A stretch of DNA of 63,069 bases, counting the filler, from Choristocarpus tenellus KU-1152 (Eukaryota; Protista; Phaeophyceae): assembly GCA_964200185.2 (NCBI GenBank). It is 12 parts of 12 records of this genome, joined end to end, with 100 filler letters (N's around TTAATTAATTAA, not from the genome) between each part and the next. Parts side by side here need not be neighbours in the genome. Positions count along the whole stretch, not along the records: positions 56,119 to 60,047 come from CAXNAD020017092.1; positions 60,148 to 63,069 come from CAXNAD020023636.1; 10 more parts are not named here. One strand, written 5' to 3'. A program made the position numbers and the translations under genes. The notes beneath the pieces are model-generated. The model was not told the DNA's origin, did not search any database, and saw only the letters and a program-made list of their open reading frames with translations. This document shows, in pieces, positions 56,019-63,069 of the stretch; position 1 is the first letter of the stretch, and the number at the start of each line of letters is the position of its first letter.

Positions 56019-57695
56019 NNNNNNNNNNNNNNNNNNNNNNNNNNNNNNNNNNNNNNNNNNNNTTAATTAATTAANNNNNNNNNNNNNNNNNNNNNNNNNN
56101 NNNNNNNNNNNNNNNNNNAGTGCTTGGAGATGAAAACTACTCCAGAGGGAACGTTTCCACAAATAACTGCACTTGACGAACTTTTGTTGACATTCGACAA
56201 GAAGGGCAAATGTCAATGGCACATTACCATGGTACAAACTTGTCTTCAAAGTTCTTGACCAAAGTTGTGTTAGTGGTTCTTGTGGGTGGGGAGTTCCTCT
56301 GTATATACTCTCGGTAAGTGTACTCTTGGTATATATATTATGAGGATGGTAAGCTCAACTAGTCGGAAATAGTTTCGAGAAGGACAGTGGTGTATAATAG
56401 TTGGTAGTAAAATAGTAAATAAATGATAAAAAAAATATTTAACGTTCACAACAACTGTAGCGTTCGTAAGGGAGCTGTTCTGACATTTGAATTATTTTCA
56501 TCGGTTTTCTCCTTGACACATCTGGAAAAGGTTAAGGAGCTTAATAATATAATACTCCTACTAACAGATGTGTCATGGAAAAAGCCAAACCGATATCACA
56601 AGGACCTTTTAAAAGTAGCGGTTGTCGTAAAGATATGTTGTAATTGAAACATGCACGTATCGCACGACTTGATTTCAGCAAATCGCTAACCTTTTCGAGT
56701 ACATCACGCACTGTGCATTCGCACGATAAGAACCAATATAAAATTTCAAAACTTGACTTTCAGTTTGGATTAATCGCGATAATACCGAGTGATACCCAAT
56801 CTTTTGCTACGATTTATAATACGAAAGTAGATGTGGTCGAATATGTGGGGCGAATTGTTCGTCCAACAGTCACTTATTTTGGGATGCGAAGGGGAAAAGT
56901 TAGTTAGAAGGAGCTTTGATCAAAGAGTCAGATCAGTTCTCCTGTTTGGACCATAAAATACTGAAATTCATTGTGAATTTAGAGGAGACAGTATTAGAAG
57001 GGATCCTTCTGTAAGAGTCAGGAACAAAAGAATACGACAGTGCTGTATGTGGTCGGATATATGCCTCAGGTATAGGTAGGTAGGAAGTAGAAACCTCGCA
57101 ATAATAGTAGTGGGGAAAACTTCGTTTGTGGGCTGATCTGGGACTTAGACGAAAGGTTCTACCCCGTACTCTGCGTAAGATGATATTTCGAAGTATGCTT
57201 CAAAAGCTCAAAGGATCTGGTCTTGGACAGAGAGCAGCAAAACACATTATTTCATAATAAATATTCCTTATGCAAGCCAAATATCATACATTAGAGTAGT
57301 GGGATACTTGTCCACTGATGTTGGTGATAAATTAAATTTACTGCTGTGCTTCGAAATTCGATTTATTTCTGTGTAGTGTATGCTATTTCTATATGTTAAG
57401 CGTGAATGTATTTACCTCATTGCCTTACTGACCCCCTTCCCTTATTTTGGAAAGAGTGTATTGTCATACGGGCCCGTTCTTCCCTTATCTCTGTTGTTGT
57501 ATTAAGAGATGGAAAACATCAAATGCTTCATAATTCTTCGTCAGAATAGCTCTATCTGCGGGCTTCTGGAAAGAGACCACACATGTCTCCTTCATGTGAC
57601 AAAGAGCGTGATAATGATCCCGGGTAATTACCTACCCATGTCATTATTCTTATCATATTATTCTAACGAATAATATACGCATTAGAAAGATGTGG

Positions 57696-57903
57696 GACTC
57701 AAAGTATCTGGGAGGGGGTGGCGACTGTCCATTTGGGGTCAATTTTTTTATGTCGCGATTTTTGTGTGATTTGGTTGCATACATCAGATGGATAATGTAA
57801 GTGCACTTTTCCTGCTTATGGTCCACGTCCAAATGGACACCCTGGTGTAGACCCCCCCCTCCCCCCCCNNNNNNNNNNCCCCCCCGCCCAGATACTTTGA
57901 GTC
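57696..57903. mobile_element. MITE family 2 (TIR GACYCAAAGTATCTGG + G-tract); 3-bp TSD TGG
   Basis: TGG|GACTCAAAGTATCTGG...CCAGATACTTTGAGTC|TGG. Other or partial copies at 13944-14098, 21512-21532, 21633-21682, 28006-28050, 28151-28336, 43392-43697, 46737-46758 and 59827-59913. Confidence 0.88.
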
Positions 57904-60900
57904 TGGCTAGTATATCGCTAAACGTGAAACTGTGATTATGTGAATCTATCTTCAGACCGCAACCCCTTTCACATCTATATATGTAAATCCAACAAATTAA
58001 TATCAAGTACAATGAAGGGAATGATTTTCCCGAGAATGCGAGTTATTGTGCTGAGCGATAGTAGACACGAGGTACCCAGGTATTGGTCGTTGTGCATTTT
58101 GAGACAATCTTTTGCAATTCCCCCCTGCTTCCAATGGACGAAGTGTGGTGCACTTCACTTGAGCGCGTTGATTCCTCTATTGTTTGAAATTTTTCGATCG
58201 AGTTAGAAAGTTTCTAATACGCATTTGTAGAAAAAGAATTTTTTTTCACACACATTTATCTGCATTCTAGAAACGCAACTCTGGGTACATCTCCTTTTCT
58301 TTCACTCGAATCTAGCCTGGTCTATGATACGTTTACTATCGGATAAAGAATTCACGGCTAGACACACTGAAGGTCAAAGTTAAGCCCATTATGGTTGTTG
58401 CAAGTGAAATCCAGAAGTACCTCCCAGGATTATCCTTTGACAGCAACAACCGTGATAGCATGTTCATTGTAGTGCGTGTATTTCTCTTGATAAGAGAAAA
58501 TCTAGCGAGAGAGCGTAAAGAAATTTTTTTGACTTGAAGTGTGGGGACCAAGCATACAATTAGGGTGTTACTACAAGGGGTACGGAAGCGAGAATGCAAG
58601 AGAATCTTAGCCACATCATGACATGTTAGCCCAAATGGTTGTCTGACAAAGAGACACAAACACTTCAATACAAAATGTAGCACAGCCATACTCCAACCAA
58701 TTCCCGTTGTGTTGAAGATCAGACATGCATTTCCCCACCTCCCATCGCCAACATTTTGCGCATGTAAAAGGTCTGACGAACAGAAGTTGTTACCACTTTC
58801 ATTCATATACCTTGATCAATACCGTCGAATCTTGTGTTGAAATTGCATCGGCAACGAAGCATTGCCAGTCCAACACTTTCTTGGTAATATAGTGGCAGAT
58901 GGGACAGTACACGTATAAAATATATAGTGCTGCTAATCACATGGATATTGAAAGATCGAAAAAAAAAATCCTTGAAAGAATATCAGCATCAAACTCATAC
59001 GAACCCTTGAGATGAATGTACGGACCGTAGTTATGGCTCACATCAAAACAATAAAATTGTGCCACAATCTTTAAAAGTACCCCACGTGAAATATACAGAG
59101 GGTTCAACGCTAGACGAGAATATGATTTCCATGATCCAAAGTTCACCCGTCAAGGACCACGGATTTTACATGTACTATTCCGAGAAAACGGTTTATATTG
59201 TGTTGTTCAATATGTCCGAAAAAATCAAACACAATACACCAAAATACCTTCTTAGTAAAGACAACTGTGAACACAAGACACCACTCTACGATTTCTAGTT
59301 GAAGTTGAAATAATGATGCCAGGTACCGTATTTGCGCAAGATCTTGTTTGAAACCGTGTAATGGCATATCTAAAAAAGAAGGGGTGATGCAAAAAAAAAT
59401 ACGAAAAAAAAACACAGCCATTGAAGATAAAGAAGAAAACAAATAATTTTGAAGAATGAAATAGACATGTGAAGAGTAAATAAAAGAGAACCCAATCATA
59501 ATGGTCTAGCATCGAGTAATTGTGATAGAATGTTGTTAACAGCCTCATTACACACTATCAGGCTCTATTGTAAGAAAAAGGAAACAATAGGAAATTTAGT
59601 GTCATAGGGGATCCATCCACTGGTCACATCATTCATCACATGTCGTACAAAGGAAAGAGAAACTCAGGGACACAATAATGAAACCCAAGAAACCAAAGGA
59701 CAGACAAATGCAAGATTCAGCAGGCAGTGGTGAGTGTATACAGATGTGCCTTGATCTTCTTAGGCTGCCATGATTTCCTGATTGGTATGATGTATGTGAT
59801 GTATGACATTCATACTACCATCTAAGGGTGTCACCAAATCACAAAAAATTGCGACATAGAAAAATGGGCCACAAATGGACAGCCGCCACACCCCCCCCCA
59901 GATACTTCGAGCCAGTCAGCAGTGTTGACCTACAAATTTTATCACAATATATGTATATATATTTGCAGGTACACAGTCTGTGGAAAGCATGTTTGTCTGT
60001 TATTATACCGTTATTGCCGTATGACATATACCGTTATACCGTGGTACNNNNNNNNNNNNNNNNNNNNNNNNNNNNNNNNNNNNNNNNNNNNTTAATTAAT
60101 TAANNNNNNNNNNNNNNNNNNNNNNNNNNNNNNNNNNNNNNNNNNNNAGTGAGCACAGCACTTGGTGGTGGGGTGCTCTACCTTATATTATTATCTATTG
60201 AGCACGTCATCAGACACGTCAAAATGTGTCATCAGACACGTCAAAATGTGTCTCTGTCAGTCACACTACGTCAGCCACGTATATTGAACAAAATAACAGA
60301 TCGATCCATCGAGACTCGAGCCTGCGACTCGAAGCACACCAAATCAAGTCCTTGACTCTTACTCTACACAGTCAATACTTCTGTTGTATTCCACTGTTCA
60401 CTAAATATATAACTCCCTATAGACTGCCTAGCCTATATTGCACAGTACCAATAGCTTGGGGGTCTGTGGCAATCTTGCTTTTTTTCACTGTCGGGTCAGT
60501 AGAGTTCTGCAACATTATACATATCAAACTAACGCTTATGTCACAGGGATGGAAGATTTGTACTAACTCCAGCGAACGGGAACTATATCCCGACCAAACA
60601 ATGGCAAAAACGCGGGGGAATAACTCCGCCGCAATTTTGATGGTCACAACCTCAAAGGATAAAAAAATGAAGTGGTTGGCTGAATTTCCTGCAAAAAACT
60701 GGTCCGGGTTAGGCCCCTCTCAACTTAAGGTGCGAGTGTGGACAATTCCGAAGAAAAAGCAAGATTCTCGGACATCTTTTTAACGCCTTTTGGAAACTTT
60801 CTGCGAACACACGCACAGGTGACCCACACAGCAGTATGTGTTACAGGCGAATAGCGCGAGTATTTCTTCCCGCGCTTTAACCAGCGCGAGCAGTATACCC

Positions 60901-61399
60901 GCGTAGGGAACCCCAAAAGGGGGAACTCCAATTTGCCTAAACGTTGAAGAATAAACTGAACTCGGGTAGTTGCAGAGGGTCACGGATGAATGGTCGGGAA
61001 GGGTTCTCGGATATATGGCAGTATTTGTAAACCCGAATAAACCCCAAACGGTAAATGATGATTAGATTTCCTCAAAATGGCTCAAAGCAGCTCAGTTTTT
61101 CTGACCTAATAAGACCCACATAAATTACACTCTATCTGATACAAAACTATATATACTTTTCTTATACTGATTTATTCATTTGAGAGAACCCCTGTTCTGC
61201 TGAGCTGACGTTCGATAATCTTTGAATTGGACTTGACTTGTACATCCTGGGAAGGTGAGCATTGAGGGGCGCCTGTAACATATGGACCTCGACACTGAGA
61301 AAAGGAGAGCCACCGCGGCCATTCTGCCCCCTAGATCTACCCTCGGCTCCTTCTCTGTCGAGAGGCAACAAAAAAACAAGTACCGTGTGACATTCGGTG

Positions 61400-62200
61400 C
61401 GATGTCAGGGAACGAGAAAGTGCGTGTACTGTGACGGAGAAGCATGATCAAATTGCGCAATGGACCACACGGCCGCAACACTGACGCTGAGAGAAGATGA
61501 ATGGAAAGCATTACCACACAAACGTTGTTGGATCTTCAATCACGTCAGAGCACTGCTCTGCAGTCTCTGCCGCCTTGGGAAAGAAGGAAGAGAGCAGCGA
61601 GCCCATCACCAGGTATGGTACAGTGACGAAGTCTGTGGGGAAGCCTGGTCACGGTGGGCGAAAGGAGAACCAGAGTGACCAGCCGAAGGGAAGGTTGGGG
61701 AGGAGAATAGTACGACTGGGTGCCATTGCACTCAGGAAACGCCTAAGTGAAAACCCGGGTGTAGAATATCTTATGAGTCGACAGTTGCAGCAGGCCCTAG
61801 CGGTTTGGAAGCAATGTGAGCAGCCAGAGTGGCTTAGGAAACGAGAAAGAAGGTGATAGGTTTGGGCTACAAGGGCTCCGAAGCCCGAAAGAAGGTCACC
61901 CATTTCCGGCGCTCAATGAGGAAATGTGATAGTAGAGGCTCTAACACTGCGAATCCTGTACCTGTCTATGGGCAACGGGAAAGACCGTCAAACGGTGCTT
62001 GAGATGGCAGCAGGATATGCAATGTTGAGGTCGGAAACTGTGAGTAAATGGGAGAGAGACTTCCTAACTAAGGGCCATATCAAGGTGTCGGAGTAAGGGC
62101 GAGACTAGAGGCGTTTCGTTCTGGCCTCGACGCGGACATCCTTGCGGAGGTCAAACTGTGGGTCCGTGAACACACAGGAAGAAAGGGTGGGGAGGCTTTT
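61400..62200 (+). mobile_element. Probable decayed Ty3/Gypsy gag relic
   Basis: RLEAFRSGLDADILAEVKL resembles the retrotransposon gag 'F..GL...i..ev' motif; multiple stops and frameshifts. Confidence 0.3.
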
Positions 62201-63069
62201 CCCGTCTAAACCTCATACTTTAAACAAGTAATCGTATATCTGTTGCCGCTCTGGCAACCTACAATCCAGGGTTCGAACCCTAGTATGACTCGTCTTTCTT
62301 CAAAAAAAGAAAAAAAAAGGCGAAAAAACAAACGAAGCCGGTGGTCTGGAGGGCATTGTGACGGGCATCACTAATATGCTTCTATTTTTTTAATCTGATG
62401 TCTACATCAAAAGGTATGACGGGACAACCCCAGACGCATAAGGTATTGGTACCCACTGCAGTTAAGTTATGGTATTGAGAATGTGATACATGTGATCATA
62501 GTGCGAATCATGTGTATAGAGCAGTTATCATATTATGTTTCTATTTGGCCTTGTGACATTTTTTTGCGTATTTGTCACTTGTTATAGTATTTTATCCTCG
62601 AACATTTTGCAGATGTATTATTGTATGTTGATGTTTTGAATCTGAAGTACGTCTCTTTTTTACACTATATTACTGTATATTGAATGAGGTCTATGTATGT
62701 TGTTCTTCAACTTCAAAACCATCCCATGAAGTCCCAAGATGTGGTGCACACACTTATACAGAGGAATAACTGGTATAATGGTTCGTAGTTCGATAGTGTG
62801 TAAAGAGAATCATAACAAGTAATACACAGAAGTCAGAACCTCATCAAGTCGCCACCCTACACATCAATTGTCCACTACTTGTGCAATTTGGGCTGATAGT
62901 CTATATGGTTTATACGTGTTTAGTGAACACTACGAGACAACCGGAATGTTGGCTAAGTGGAACAAGTGTCATTGACTTGTGTTCGTGTGCGTAAAGTAAT
63001 GAGGTCGAATCGCAGATGATCGATTTCTTATTGCTTGATATAAATGGACTGATGGAGGAGTTCTGACAT

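Noticed and set aside
62240-62290. GGTTCGAACCC B-box/T-loop motif suggesting a tRNA or SINE
   Set aside because: No convincing A-box or cloverleaf and no second copy in the window

Overview
Eukaryotic, intron-rich, repeat-rich DNA from a fragmented assembly: 12 contigs joined by artificial N44-TTAATTAATTAA-N44 spacers, so neighbouring contigs are not real neighbours. TTAGGG-type repeats, long GT-AG (occasionally GC-AG) introns and the gene content suggest a stramenopile, possibly a brown alga or relative (inference only). Manual splicing recovers partial genes: a probable mitochondrial membrane protein head-to-head with a divergent Hsp70-fold gene, a multipass membrane protein, two coiled-coil proteins and PRMT7. 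Mobile DNA includes four MITE families with GA(G/C)YSAAA-like termini, mariner relics, CRE-type non-LTR relics and a probable Gypsy gag relic. The main discovery candidate is a roughly 13-exon decayed gene at ~47.06-55.02 kb. It appears to fuse a ParB-like/HTH region, a PHD finger, a beta-class N6A/N4C DNA-methyltransferase fold with degenerate catalytic motifs and a degenerate SET domain. The second candidate is recurrent conversion of a TTAG seed inside MITE terminal repeats into TTAGGGTTAGGG. All family assignments come from motifs recognised by eye; no database searches were run.
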